Positions 10,618 to 24,857 of a stretch of 64,000 nucleotides of DNA are shown piece after piece. The position numbers and the translations under genes were made by a program. The stretch lies in assembly GCA_964188305.1 (NCBI GenBank), contig OZ076886.1. One strand, given 5' to 3'. This DNA is from Podarcis bocagei (Eukaryota). Every line of letters begins with the position of its first letter. The first letter of the stretch is position 1. The notes below the pieces were generated by a model. The model was not told the origin of the DNA and made no database searches. It was given only the letters and a program-made list of their open reading frames with translations.

Positions 10618-13600
10618 TTGTAAAACTGAAAAAATAACTCGTATTCCTGAGACTCAAAATGTTAGGAGCCCTAATATCTGTACATGCTGGTTTTCGCCCC
10701 TCACACAGTTGGAGGAATCCTGATAAAATTCTTGATGTTTCTGCGCCTTGAGTGTCAAGGGTATTAGCTGGTTCTAGGAAAATGAACGTTTTTGCTAAAA
10801 AATGCTTGACTCAGATGCTACAATTTTTAAAAAAACAACGACTTTACAGTGCTTTTCTATTAATTTTAGCTATGATACTGAAGACCACTGTAAACCTTGA
10901 AGTGGCTTTTAGAGTGATTCTGTTGAGCTCATTTGGAAATAATACTTCAGAGTAAGCAGTTTGATGATAGCTTCCTAACTGGTTGTAGAAACAGAAGTAA
11001 AGCAATACAAAGAACAGCAGATAAAGGCAAAAATGTGTGCCACCTGTTCCCTGCTCCAAAGCAACTGCAGTAGACCCTTGAGCTTGTCAGTGAGCAGTGC
11101 CCAAAGATCTTTAGTATTCACTTGGATTTCATTTCTGAATACCACTGAAATTGAGCTAATGGCTGCATGTTCCATTCAGGACACAAACAGAATTAATTGT
11201 AGTGAGAACCTTCATTGGTCTTCAACGTGGCCTGGAGCTCCTCTTCTGTATTCCACAGAAAATATTAAACTGTTTTCAAGGCTGGGATAGCCTGTTATCA
11301 GTCAACTCTGTCCTCCCTTCCCTCTAAATTAGAAGCTTAAGTATATTAAGGAACATGCCAGGGAGCATGTGGCTTCTGAGTATTCACTGGGCCTTTCAAC
11401 CAACTTGTGTTTGATGCCCCTTTCGTAGGGCCATTCCTTTTCTCATTCAGAACATTATTTTTTCACATCATAATTGTTGTTAGAAACTCAGATTTATAAG
11501 CTAGGGGGCAAATGGCTCATTAAACCAATGTTGCAGTCGCCAAAATGGAATGTCTAGTTCTATTTTGGGATAAGATGGCTCTAAAGTCTTGTTTTTCAAA
11601 TGATGGACTGACCGTGATTGATTATTAGTTAAATATCTGGCTTAAGCTACAACCTTAAGCTAGGTTAAGAACTTTGAGAACTTTATCCAGGAACAGTCCA
11701 CATATATATTGACCTATTTCTACTTCTTTTTCTAAATGGTGACATGGACCATTCATGATGTAAGAATACTGTAGTCTTCACAACTGTGAGCAGGGCAGGG
11801 GCTGGGGATGGTGAAGACAAGCTACAACAATTAACCTTAACATTGTTCACTGTTCCTGTTCCACAGAAAATCATTTTGGTTCCTGAAATTCATTATGATT
11901 GTGCAGTTAAAATATTACTGATAGAATTCTACAGGATGTGGTATTAGTGTGTGAAAACAGTCAAGATCCATGGAATTGCACTTTTGTCCCCAATTTCACA
12001 TCTTTTATCAAATGGAATTTCAGTTTGTAAGCCACACTGGTGTGGTTGCCTACATTAAGATGCTTGGTGCCCTTTGTATGTTAGGTAGCACACATTTTGG
12101 GTACCTTAAGCCAGACTGCAATAACACTACAACAATGCAGTTTTGTGGGGATGTTGACTTATAGGAAACATAGGGGCAATAGAAACCGGTATTGAACAAA
12201 TGGCTTTAATTGGAATGGTGTTAGCAAAGAGCTTATCCTATAAGGTGGAGGAACTGAATGAAATTGATAAAGGTTGGCTACTCAGGTTGAATAATGGCTA
12301 ACAGATAAGGAACTGGCTTTCAAGTATTGACAATTGAAAATAAATACATCGAGTTTGAGAAATTGAAAAGTTAGTCATTGCCCTGGCAAATTTTATTCAT
12401 ATTAGGGACAATTCTGGAGCAATTTTCTCTGATGGACATTGGGACTACACTAGTGCAGAAGAGGCACTTGAATGGATTCCTTGAGCAGAAGTTCTGGAAT
12501 TCATTTATTTTGGGAGCATCCCTGCTGAAGACAAAAACAGTTGCTTATAGTCTCACTTCCTGTACATCTAATTTGTGTGACTTTTAAAAATAGAAAGTTA
12601 GGCAATATAAGTTTTTACAGTCTTGCTATGTCCTTCACTCTTCTTTGTGAACCTGGATTATCAGGGTTCTTGCTGCAGTGATGTCTTATCCCAGATAAAT
12701 GATAAGGGGTAGCCTAAATGTTGTGCTTGAATCTTTTAAAATTAAGAACCCAGTCTTGAATACTTTAATTAGCAAATATCAGGCTTTTCAGTTATTCTAA
12801 CAGCTGGTTTAACAAATCTCTTTCAGAGAACAAAATGGGACTTATGTGATGGTAGTGCATTTTCAAAGAAGAATATTTTTCATCTATCTATCCATCTATA
12901 TCTCCTTCTGCTTTACTGCTTGTTCATTAGAATCATAGTAGAGTAGGGATTTCTCTGTTTCTGAGGTATTTCAGTATCCCAAAGGAATGGCAGTCTCTGG
13001 CAGTTGCTTCTAGCACATGGATTGCAAACGGTTAGTGAGTGCTTACAAGCCATCATAGCAGAGGAAAATTTGGGAAAAACTTTAATGACATTTCACTAGG
13101 CCTGATCCTTTTTATCTGGAAGAACTGAGAAAAGTGTATTTCTGTACATACAGATGGATTGAAAACCACAGCTCGTTCTTTCTTTTTTACCTTCTGGCTA
13201 AACAAAGCCAGGGGTGGAAGTTTGACACTATTCTAACTATGGAGGATTCCTTCCCTTTTCCACACTGACAGTATTCAACAGTTACTTTTGTCCTACTGGA
13301 CTCTGCTTGGGGGATAGGACTTGAGTACGTTGCTGGGAATCTTAGTCAGTGCTTTTATAGCATGCTCAATCAGTTTATAATGCTCAGATTAACTTGTTTA
13401 CCACTAAAAGAGTTTCTTTTGGCATGTATTATATAGTGGAGGCTTTTGTGCATTCATACTATAGCCCCAGATATGAAATTTGCTGAAGAGCATGGAAAGC
13501 CATGTGAAAGCTGCTGAAGCATTTCTTATTCTGAAATGTTTTTAAAATCTTAATGCCTTTCTCTGGATCGAAAGAGTGAAATGAAGCACTGACAAGTTGC

Positions 13601-14615
13601 TAGTTGAATGCGACTTTAGGAAATTATGCAAGTGTGACTAAAAGCAACACCTCATGTTTAAAGCTGTAGTTGCTGTTGTTGTTTGATGCAGACAAGTTTA
13701 CTCTTGTTAGTCCTTCAGGGCCCATGGACCTCAAGGTGTGTCAGTTAGATTCTATTGCATCCTATGCCATGACAAAATTGTCAGCTAAACCTGGGCTAGA
13801 AAATGGATGTTTTGAGCCATATAACACAGAAAGTGTGGCATGAAGAGTGCTCCTAGCCATATAGACCACTCCTGAGATGGAGGTCACAAGAACGTTTCTG
13901 AAATTTCATAGCATGAGTTCCTCATTACTGGGAAACAAAATTCATTTCCAGGTTACCTAATCTGATAACATTCAAAAAGTCATATGTTATCTAGATTTGT
14001 GTCCTATGCTGTAGACCTATGGCAGGCTATAAGATTGTCCGGAAAGTAGGTCGTTTTCAGAGGGGTGGGAGAAGGAAACTACACCTTTAACCTCCATTGT
14101 CAGTTTTATTCTTATTTATACTTCCTGCGAACTATAGTCCAGGACTAATTTACTAATACTATTAGTACTGTTGCTGATTAGTACTAGTAATACTAATGCT
14201 ATAGACCAGTGTATAACTTCCTTTACTACGTATAAATCAAGTGTGGAGAGGGGGCGGAGTCAAGAGAATATACGTACCTGCACCAGGTATTAAATTATTG
14301 TTTTTGAGACACAAGTGGATGAGTGGTATCACATTTCAGTTAGTTTCACTTTGTTCCTTGTCACAAATTGTCACATCTGTGTTACTTGTGCTCTTCCCCT
14401 AGATGCCTGATGTTCTTGAATGATCCCTATCATCATTGCTTTGTTTTACATAGCCCTTCAACCCTATGGCATAGTTCATGAATCTCACGTTGTTTGGGAT
14501 ATAAAGTAGAGAGGTTGTGGCTTACTGAAGGTAACTGGGGTCTAAGTTCTTGTTGCATCAGTTGAACTGCAATGTATATTGCTGTAGTCACTTGCTTTTA
14601 ATAAGTGCTGTAGAA

Positions 14616-14742
14616 CAGGCATCGACCCTCCAGATGTTTTGGGACTACAATTCCCATCATCCCTGACCACTGGTCCTGTTAGCAAGGGATGATGGGAGTT
14701 GTAGTCCCAAAACATCTGGAGGGCCGAGTTTGCCTATGCCTG
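14616..14742. mobile_element. hAT-type palindromic MITE
   Basis: Ends CAGGCAT / ATGCCTG; 8-bp TSD CTGTAGAA at 14608-14615 and 14743-14750; 39-bp internal inverted arms. Confidence 0.88.
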
Positions 14743-17700
14743 CTGTAGAATAAATGCTGCTTCCCCTGATTGTTTGTGGGCTAAATTACATAGTTAGTTT
14801 TGAAACATTTTCATGGAGTGAAGTGGAGAGTTGTGAGAACCCTCCAGTAGATTGAATGTATCTTCCATTTTTTAAAATATATTTTTTGGGACTCCTAGGG
14901 TGCCCTGTGACCTGCCTGTCGTTGTGTGTTATAGCTTAGGTCAGGCTTGCATCTGGAGATAAACTTGAGTTGTGTTCCCAAGTCTGTTTGAATGCATGTT
15001 GAAAGTCTGTAAACTGTGTCGTCATGGGAGTTGCCATATGCCTTCCTGATATTTTCACATCAAATGTGTTTCAGCGGCAGTTATGATTGTTAAGAGGACA
15101 GTTGGAGGTGGGGCAGCAGTGATGGGCCTCATTTCTTGATACTGTACTTAGTACCTTACAGCCCAATTCTAACTATATCAGAAGTAAATCCTATTGAGTT
15201 CAAGGAGCTTATTCCCACCCAGATAAGTTGGGTTGGAATTGAAACCTAAAATTCACAATATTACTTGTCCTGGTTTTAAGTGATGCCAACCTTGACTGGA
15301 CACTTACTTTGGTGTTAAGAGTAGCTTATTTCGGATTAGCTTCAATCTGTTCTTAATTGACTTAACCTATGACTGAAATAGGTTTGATAAAATAGAAATA
15401 ATCTTTTGTGCACAGATTTGTACTAGTTGAACTACATCGGTTGATAGTAGTTTTAAAAACTAGAATTATCTTGTGTGCTGAAAACTTCTGTTGTTGTTTT
15501 TTTAGGTAGGTTTTTCTGTTGATCTTTTAGCAAATTTGGGTCACTTTCCAGCTTTGTTAGCTTCACCTTTCTGGAAAAGTCTGATTTCTGTGAAATGGGG
15601 ATAGTATTTTCTTCCTTTTGCGATTTTGTTGTGTCAGACCTTACTTTGGGTGGGCTTAGTATCTCATGCTATGTGTGTCCAGTACTACTAAAGGGAAAGT
15701 AAAATACTGTTTGGAATTTGTTTACCACAAAGCTGCCCCTAATTCTAATTAAATACGGACTATGAATAGTATTTTTGTGGTGTATTCAGTGGCTTGCTAA
15801 CAAATTCTGAAGATAAGTCACTCTTCAATGACTTGCTGATGGTGATCTGACAGTACATCTCTATATGTGGGGGAAAATCTGTGAAACTGGAGAGAACTTG
15901 AGGCTAGAACATCTGTCCTATATCAAGAATGGGGAACCTTCCACATGTTGGACATGAGCTGGAATGGCTAATGGTCAGGAATTATGAGACCCGTGGTCCC
16001 CAGAACAGCTGGAGGGCCATAGGCTTCCCACGTAGACATTAAAAAGATAATGTAATATATCTATAGCCTGGTAAATTTTAGCAAAGTCCAGTCAGAGGGG
16101 TGGTTGCACTGAAAACTTGTCAGAGGCGGATCTGCAGTAGCTTGTTTTAAGTATGCATTGCTGGCTAGTATACACTACAAATCCCCACATGCTGCACTCC
16201 ACCTTAACGCTTATAGCATGCTGGGGCATGAAGGTTTCTCCAGTAAAGTCAGGCGTTTAACAGCTCTGTACCATATTCAATCCATCCCTAGTCTTGAGTT
16301 ATAACCTGTAATATCTTAAAAGTGCTTTCCCTCCTTTTAAATGCTAGTTGAATGGTTAACCAGACTGCATCTTTCAGAACAGTAGTTCATAACAGAAAAG
16401 AAGATAGTCCTCTGGCACCTTTATTGGAACATGAGAATTTGGGCACAGGGGTCTATTTCACTGGGAACATTGGCTTTTGAAGGATAGTTACATCTATCTA
16501 CACACATTCAGAGGGAGGAAAACCCTATTTTGCAGTCCTATTACCTTTATATTTAATTAGTGTCTGTTCTGCTTAACTCCTAATTTCTTAAAGTTAGTTT
16601 TCTTGGTTCACTGACGCATGTCGGCAGCAAGAAACCATAAGGACCAGGCCTGAGGACTTCTATTGCACATTCAGTACAGACTTGTTAGGGTGAATCTGAT
16701 CTACATCTATCGTCCATTTACTTTCAGGAATGGGATTTTGAAGTGTTGCATTTACTAGCTTGGTTTATATCTCTTGGGTTTGTTTCCTTCACCCCATAAA
16801 TGCTGGAATCCTGCTCTTGGTCAAAAATCACTCTTAAAGTTTTCTGAGCATTTTGAAAGGGCCTCTGCACTGATATGGTTGTAAGTGAACCAGCCTGCTA
16901 ATTGTGTTGATGTTGCAGGCCACTAGAATGAACCGTTGCGAGTTCCAGACAGGGCAGGTAGTTTGTAGCACAAAACTACCAGGATATCTGTAAGAGCTTC
17001 ATAATTTCCCACGACATGATCGTTGAAAACCTGTCTGACTCTCCCAACATTGTGTAAACCCTTGCTCCAGGAAAAATCATGTAAGCTTAGGTGTTAAGAA
17101 TCCTTCAGTTTTCTGCAATGGCTAAGCTGAAGTGGGACATTTGACTTCTAGGTAAGCTAAAGATGTTGATTATTGCAGATTGGAGATCCTCTTGCATATT
17201 GCGACTGGCTGAGGAAACAGTTAATGAGACTATGTCTGAGAATGTAGGGAAGTAGATTAGTAGTAGAATCTGCTGGTTTTGGAGGCATGAGAGGAAATCC
17301 GTAGCCTTTTCTACAAGTAGCAGCTGCGTTGCAGCAGCTGAACTCTGTCTAGCAGTGTTGCAGCTCCCTTTCTCCCCTGGAAGAAAGCACTGATTCTAGG
17401 CAGCAAAATGTCTCCCCTTAGAATACAGCAAAGAACTGTGGTAGAATCTGCTTACCTGAGACTCTAGAAAGTTAGGTTTTCTTCTTAGGTCTTTTCTCCC
17501 TTTCTTGCTTTAGCCTTAAGGAGAAAGGGGGAAGCAGATGAGTCAGAGCTTTAAAAACTGACAGAGCAGATGACTCTTGTTTTAATGTAGGGAGTTTGCT
17601 GTGTTGGGGATGTGTGTGATAGGTATGGAACATGTCAGTGGAGGCAGTGTGTTTGGGGCCCCAGTTACAGGAGTTGCAGAATGGAAGCAGATCCTGATGC

Positions 17701-17825
17701 GATGGAAGCAGCTTCCTAATACCAAATATAGTTAAGAATGAATGTTGGATAGCCAGGCAGGTCTTCATTAAAAGCAAGTTCAGAAACCTTTTCTCTGGCT
17801 TAGCTTTTCCTCAGTACATTTGTTT

Positions 17826-17826
<1 letters not shown>

Positions 17827-17874
<48 letters not shown>
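17827..17874. repeat. (CA)n microsatellite
   Basis: Direct inspection. Confidence 0.97.
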
Positions 17875-17878
<4 letters not shown>

Positions 17879-18229
17879 ATCTCCTTGAACCATATATATG
17901 AATATGTTGACACTAAACTAGAAAAATTCAGAGATGCAGTACAGTATGTGAAAACTCCAAGACTTGGGAGTTGCTTTGGAATGATTTGCATAAGGATGAA
18001 GAGTTGTGAAGAATAAGCCTTTGGTCAAGATCTTCAGAAATCAATAACTCAGGAGTGTAAATGAAGAATCTGCCCTTTTTTGGGTGGGAGTCTCCAGGAA
18101 GGGGCAGCAGCACTGCCCTAGCCCTTCATTATGATATGGTCACCATGGTTGAAGATGATAAAAGCAGTGGGTCATTACTGTGATTAACACAGAGTTAGCA
18201 TGCAGAACAAGTACTTTGATCAGTGTTGC

Positions 18230-18265
<36 letters not shown>

Positions 18266-18608
18266 TTATTATTAATAATAATAATTGTTTATACCCTGCC
18301 CATCTGACAGGGTTTCCCCAGCCACGTTGGGCGGCTCCCAAGCGAATGTTAAAAACACAATACATCATTAAACATTAAATTTCCCTAAACAGGGCTGCCT
18401 TCAGATGTCTTTTAAAAGAGAGTTGTTTATTTCCTTGACATCTGCTGGGAGGGCGCTCCACAGGGCAGGCACCACTACCGAGAAGGCCCTCTGCCTGGTT
18501 CTCTGCAACCTCACTTCTCGCAGTGAGGGAATCACCAGAAGGCCCTCGGCGCTGGGCCTCAGTGTCCAGTAGAATGATGGGGGAGGAGACGCTCCTTCAG
18601 GTATACAG
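18230..18608 (-). mobile_element. 3' end of L2-clade LINE with AAT-repeat tail
   Basis: Reverse complement closely matches 46476-46820; (AAT)n tail 18230-18283. Confidence 0.85.
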
Positions 18609-19201
18609 AACCTCAGATATATAAGCTAGGCACCAAATGGCTCCTTAAAACAGGGTTACAGTAACCAAAACACAAAACCTAGTTGCCATTTTGGGGCCAG
18701 ACAACTCGAGAGTTGTATTTTTCAATACAACTTTTAGTTCCTGAAATTCATTCTGGTTGTGCAGATAAAATACAGTGGATAGAATTCATTGTTGACATCT
18801 GAAGGCAGGCCTGTATCAGGAAATTTTTAATGTCTGATGTTTTAAAAAAATTATATATGCTGTAAGCTGCTCAGAGTGGCTGGGGAAATTGTGAGAACAG
18901 TCAAGATCCAAGGATCCCCAGGCATATACCTCAGATGGTGGAGACATCAGTTGCCATCCTGGTGCCAGGGCTTCTTCACTTGGTCGCATGTGGCTGATAG
19001 CCAGCTGCAAAATATGCCTGGCGATTTTCAAATTCTGACTGCAGTCTGTCGTGCCCATGACCTGTGAAGCACATGCTACTTTAATGAGGGAGTGTTGTTA
19101 ATGTTGCTGTGATTTTCAGAAAGCCTCTCTAAGATAGGATAATTATGCTGAAATCAGCAGCAGCATAAAATGTAGATTCTGGATGTCTGATAGCCTTGAT
19201 C

Positions 19202-19358
19202 TTCGTGTTGAATAAGGGGTACATCCCAAAATTATGCTTCCTAAAAAGTTTGAAGAGCGGGAAGTATCAACATTATATTTCGTGTTGAATAAGGGGTACA
19301 TCCCAAAATTATGCTTCCTAAAAAGTTTGAAGAGCGGGAAGTATCAACATTATATTTC
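19202..19358. repeat. Perfect 77-bp tandem duplication
   Basis: 19202-19278 is identical to 19279-19355, followed by a further TTC. Confidence 0.95.
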
Positions 19359-20943
19359 TGCGCTATAAATTTAGAGCTTTTAAGTTAAGCTCTCTGCTCA
19401 GACCATTGTTGAGGTGAGAGGTGGTAGTATACCAGTCAAGAACAGTCCCTTTAACAGTTGTCTGTGCACTTCTTCTGCACTGCAAGTTAATAGTCATAGG
19501 TGTCCCCTTATTCCAGAGTGCAAACTGAGACAGAGAAATAGTAAACTGCCATATCTTTGCAGTACTGAAGTCAAAATGATTGCCTTGGGTTCCCTTATTT
19601 GTTTGGATTAAGGCTGTTGCCACTTGTTCATTACAGTCCTGTGCACGTTGAGTCAGAAGCAAGTCCCAGGGTCGTCAGTGGAGCTTAATCCCTAGTAGAC
19701 GTAAATCTGCTGCACTTCTCTCAGGCCACTGGTGAACAAACAGGTAGCCATGCTCAGATCACCACAGAATGGGCAGAAAGGCACTTCTTGTCATGCCACA
19801 ATGTCTGCTAGAACCAGCCTTTTTAGGGGTACACCCAAACTCCCAACTCACACATTTTCTTTGCTTTCTACTCTCATCATCTAGTGGTAGTTCTGATAGA
19901 CCTGCAACTCTGCTCTGTATTCCTTCTCCTTGTTCACAGGATTGACTGGTCACACTTGCATGTGATCTGTCATTGCTGGCAAATCTCTTCAGACAAATCA
20001 CCTGCCTCTCTCTTGCTATCCAGATCACATATCCCCTTTCTTGAAACGTGCCAGTTTATGCAGTGTCTGCTGTGACCTTAAGAATGTAGTTCCTGACATG
20101 TAAGAATAGACCTGGCTTCACTTGGTTGATAGATGGAAGCCAAAAGTCCTTTTCATTGTTCCTTTAGCCTCCCTTGAATGGTTGTTGCCGTGTCCCCAAA
20201 GTCGTCATAGAATTCTCAAGCAAGCTATGTTGCAATTAAGGAACTTCACAAATTAAGTGTCACATGCAACCAGGCCTATCCCTCTCCCTCTTTTTTTACA
20301 TTGTAGTTCGGACATTGGTCTCTGTTCAGTTGGCATTCTGCTTTGGTTGGCTTCTCTATGCTTCCTCAGAAGTCAGCAAATGCTAAAAAACCGTAATCAG
20401 ATCTCATGTTCCTGGGCCTTGCTTTTCTCTGTTTTAACCACTGAGTGTTTTTTCCTGTTCTGTAGTGATATGTTTTGTGCAGCTCCTGCACTAGTAAGCA
20501 GAATAAAGAGGTAATTCAGACATTCTTTTGAAGGCATAGCTATTTTTAAAAATGCTTACAGTTCCAGCCTTGCAATTGCAAGTATATAATAGCGAAACAC
20601 AGAGCCTTTGCTCTGATCATAGAAGTCTGAGCCTCGGAACATTTTTAGAAATTAGGAGAAATAACAAAAGTGACGTTGGTGATCCTAGTGTTAGTGGAAA
20701 TTTCCAGGGTCATGGGATGTAGATAACACTGTTTACTAACTCTTGTATTTGCTTGTCTTTAGTTGTATGCATGTACAGAAATATGATTGGCAAGGAAGAA
20801 AATGTATAAAGTGGGTGTGTGGACTAGAGGGAGTGGTGTAGAATGTTGCCATTTAACCTAAGACTGGGCAGAGGTGATTATTTTTGTGTAGCAATATCTG
20901 CTCCCCCCCCAACTGCTACTCCCTTAATACAGCTTTTGGCCTA

Positions 20944-21296
20944 CAGTGGTGCCTCGCAAGACGAAATTAATTTGTTCCGTGAATTTTTTCGTCTAGCGAA
21001 TTTTTCTTCTTGCGAAGCACGGTGTCGGAAAAGTTTTGGAAAAGCTTCAAAAATCGCCAAAAACCTCAAAAAAGGCTACCACACCGCGTTCTATGAGTTG
21101 CTCCTCGAAGTCAAGTCGCAACTGTATTAAGGGTGTTAAGAAAAAGGAAACAAACTTGCAAAAAATGCTAGACGTTTTCGTCTTGCGAAGCAAGCCATAG
21201 GGAAATTCGTCTTGCGAAGCAGCTCAAAAACCGCAAAACCCTTTCGTCTAGCGAGTTTTTCGTCTTGCGAGGCATTCGTCTTGCGGGGCACCACTG
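20944..21296 (+). mobile_element. Tc1/mariner-type MITE, family B
   Basis: TA-CAGTGGTGCCTCGCAAGACGAA ... TTCGTCTTGCGGGGCACCACTG-TA; repeated internal TCGTCT(T/A)GCGA motifs. Confidence 0.9.
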
Positions 21297-21554
21297 TAGT
21301 CACTTTCATTCCAGGGCGGAAGGGTATCTTCTTGAGCGACGGAGCCACTGAGAGGAGCAGGAAGCTTTGCATTTTTAAGACACATTTTTTCTCATGTGAA
21401 TATCTGGCTGGGTGTTTATCCTTTCATGATCTCCAAAGCTTTTTTAAAAAGGTTCCTGAATTGTTCTAGCCATGGCAATGGTGTTGTGTGGGTATGGTTT
21501 TTTACACTATACAATTATGTACTTGCAACAGTCGCACCACCCTTCTACTGTATA

Positions 21555-21792
21555 CAGTGGTACCTCTGATTACGAACTTAATTCATTCTGGAGGTCCGCT
21601 CTTAACCCGAATCCGTTCTTAACTTGAGGCGCACTTTCACTAATGGGGCCTCTCGCTGCCACCGCACCGCCGGCGCACAACTTCCGCATCCCGGGGCGAA
21701 GTTCGCAACCAGGAGCATCTACTTCCGGGTTATTGGAGCTTGTTACCCGAAGCGTTCGTAAGGAGGACGGTACGTCGCCCGAGCTTCCACTG
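21555..21792 (+). mobile_element. Tc1/mariner-type MITE, family A variant
   Basis: TA-CAGTGGTACCTC ... CCACTG-TA; internal AACTTAATTCATTCTGGAGGTCC block related to family A. Confidence 0.82.
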
Positions 21793-24700
21793 TATGCCTA
21801 TTTCAGCTTCTCTGATTCAGCTTAGGGAAGCTAGTTCTGGCTTTTTCAGGGCACATCTCAATGAAAATACCAAATCTGATTTTAGTGAAGCCTGTAGGCA
21901 GTGACTCTTCTTGACCATATAGCCTCCGGCTCTGTGAAAAACTGACACTAATAAACACCTGAAGAGGCCAATGGCACCTGGCACCATAGGAATCGCTTTT
22001 GTGGCCAGCAGCTCATAGGAGTGTTTGTTACTTGTGGAACACACACTGCGCTTTCAAGGAGGCTTTCACATCTTCTCCTTTTGGTGCCCACTGCAGCTTT
22101 GGCTTGTAAAGTTTTTGTTGGCATGATTTTGAGCCTACTAAATAGCCAAAAAGACTTCATTGCTTCTTTGGCCTTGGAAACGTTCAGTAGTCTGCATAGT
22201 GCTGCTACAGTGGAGGTCTATGTCTGACTCCAGAGACATAATTTTTGGGCAGGTCTCTGCTTGTTACTGCTTTACATTAAACCAGTTTAAGGACCCAGCC
22301 TTTTGCATTCCCACACACGGCTTGTACCACTCCCTGGAGTTCCTTACCTGTATATGCATGGCCTTGTTGATCAGTGGTGGGTGGATTTTATCCTTGTTAT
22401 TTTACAAGAACCCCAAGATCTCCCAGCCAGAGCCAGGTGCAAAAGACATAGAATTAGAAGTAGAAAACGGACTGCCTGTGAGCATATTTTGAGTCTAGGA
22501 ATTGATTTTCCGTATGAGAGCTGAACTGAGTTCACGGTCCTTTCACACAAAAGCCCTGCTTAGCTTTCTTCATTTTAGCAGCCTAATTTATGTGGGAACA
22601 GTTGTTTTGTTCTTTAAGAACAAAAATTGGGAGTCATTTAAATGATTCTGATCTATCTTCTGCCCACTCACATTGTATGTAGATTGTGTGAGAAACCTGG
22701 GTTCCAATTAAGGAGGATTTGGAATACTTGGACTTCAGTGCCTCTTAGCATTCGTGTGTGGGAGGGGCTAGGCAACTTTAAAATGGAGCCTCATTTAGGC
22801 TTAATTTGACCCCAGAAACAGTTAATTTCTCCCAAAGATACTGCAGCAAGCTGGGTGCAAGGCCTATACAGATGTGCACAAGCCATTAACAAGCTTTACA
22901 GCAGAGTAACTCACCAACATGCAGTCCTAACTTCTCTGTAGTGAATATGGCTACCCGTTCATCTCCCAGTTGTGCTGTTACATGGTACTTACTGCGTTGA
23001 TGGTTCTTAGAACGTTGACCCCCAAAATCATGTGAGTGATGATGTAAACCTGTTTAGGAGTGCCCAGAAAAGGCTTAAATGTCCATTTGGCAGCCTATGG
23101 ACTGATTCTGTGGCTCCTGAATCATACCAGCACCATCAAGCTTACATTTTGTTATGAGTGCTTCTAACAACATGTCAGACCCTGCAAGATGATGAGAGTG
23201 AGTTTGTGTTAAGTAGCTGATCCCACTTCCCTGTACTGAAATTTTCCAAACGGTTTCTAGTTTACTGTTCCACCCTCCCTGCCCTCTCCCCACCCCCATG
23301 GCAGCATCCTGCAAAACATATACGATCAGTTTGATCGGTCTGAAGGATCATTTGCTGGTAACTTTTAAGGGGAGGGAGGAATAAAATCAGGTTTATAATG
23401 GAGGTAGGGGCTGAACCTTAAGTATAGAGTAGCTGCCACGGCTCCATAATTGCTGCACTGTGTCGTGTTGCCATGGTTCCCAGTGCTGTGTCTCTGCATG
23501 GTTTCTGAGAGTAGGGCCAAGGCAGCCAGTCACAGCAGAGCTGCTGTGTACGTGTTTGGGGAGTTTAGACTTTTACTGACAAGGAAGTGATGGGAGAGAG
23601 CCCTGTGCTTATAGTTAGGGTGTTAGGAAAGGATCTGGGTATTTCCCACCCCATATTGCGTGCGTTTTTATTCCTTTCCTTCCTCCTCAGACAGACTGAG
23701 GTGGGAAGCATTCTAAGGCAGCATAAATGCTTAGTTCCTCCCTCCATCGGTCTTCAGTCACGGGGGCAATGACATGAAATGTGGGATTCCTTCCTCTACC
23801 AAATGGTGGGGTGGGGTAGCTGTGGGGAAGGGAGGCTGCTGCCTTTGGATTGGCTCGGGCGTGTTTTCATCAGAGATCCCCTTGGCTGACTTGCCATCTG
23901 CATAGGCTGTGAATACTTCTCTCTGGCGCAGACCTTGTTCCTTGGGATTGCATCATCTCTGGGAGAGCAGCCAGGTCCGGAGCACTAGTACAAAGACTTT
24001 GTGAAGCAGATGCGGCCTGTTCTGTCTCTGAAGCATTTCTCCTCCTTCCTGCTCATCCTTCCCACAGGATTCCAGAAAGAGAGCTTGCTCTGAGAGCCTC
24101 TCAGTAGGTCAGCTGCCCTTTGGACTCTGAATCCCAGCTGCTTCCTGTACACCTGGCTGATGCAATGTCTGCCTTTGAAATCCCTGCTGGAATTCACTCT
24201 GGAGTGGTTTTGTTTGCCTTTTCTGGGAGTGGCCAAGCAGGCAGAGTAGGCCTGTCACATGACGTCCTTGAATATAAGAAGCCTGTCGCCAGATTTCAAG
24301 ATGCAGAGCTCTTTCCTTTTCCAATCTAGCAACCGGTTCCTGGCAAATTTTGTCAGGCATTGCCTTCTCTTGGTGGCAGATATATATCATGCGCACATTA
24401 CAGTTGCTAGCATTGTAATCGGTAATTTGCTGTGGCCTGTGTGATTGTCCTGGGAATTCTGAAGGGGTTGATCTGAATTTGAGTTCCAGTCCAGCTGAGT
24501 CTGTTCACTGCACCGTTTTTTTATGATTCAGCTGTTTGCATTATTTTTCTCCCAAATGCCATCTACGTAAAATAATTTAGGGAGTGATACTTTACTTGAC
24601 AGGTTTGTAAGGATTCATATTTTTAAAAGCAAAGGCCTGCTCTATTTCCAATAAGGTATTTTACTTTCACATATCCACCACTACCACCTCCCACACACTT

Positions 24701-24857
24701 TGGATTGAAAAGCAAGGTATTTATGGGTGCTCATCTTGATGCTTTGGCCCCCTTTACCTGTGAATCTCAGAAAACATGTGGTGTCACTACCTTTTCATGT
24801 GGTGCTTATGATAGAGCATGGACCTTCCTTGTGGTCATCCAGGTTTTTTCACTGTTA

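Noticed and set aside
20944-21296. Iterated TCGTCTTGCGA motifs superficially like a CRISPR or operator array
   Set aside because: Irregular spacing inside TIR/TA-bounded MITEs in a vertebrate genome; these are subterminal repeats.
23400-23900. Possible alternative promoter or exon (GTTGCCATGG half X-box, ATTGG, strong acceptor at 23690)
   Set aside because: Isolated motifs without CpG enrichment or a clear donor; cannot be supported from sequence alone.
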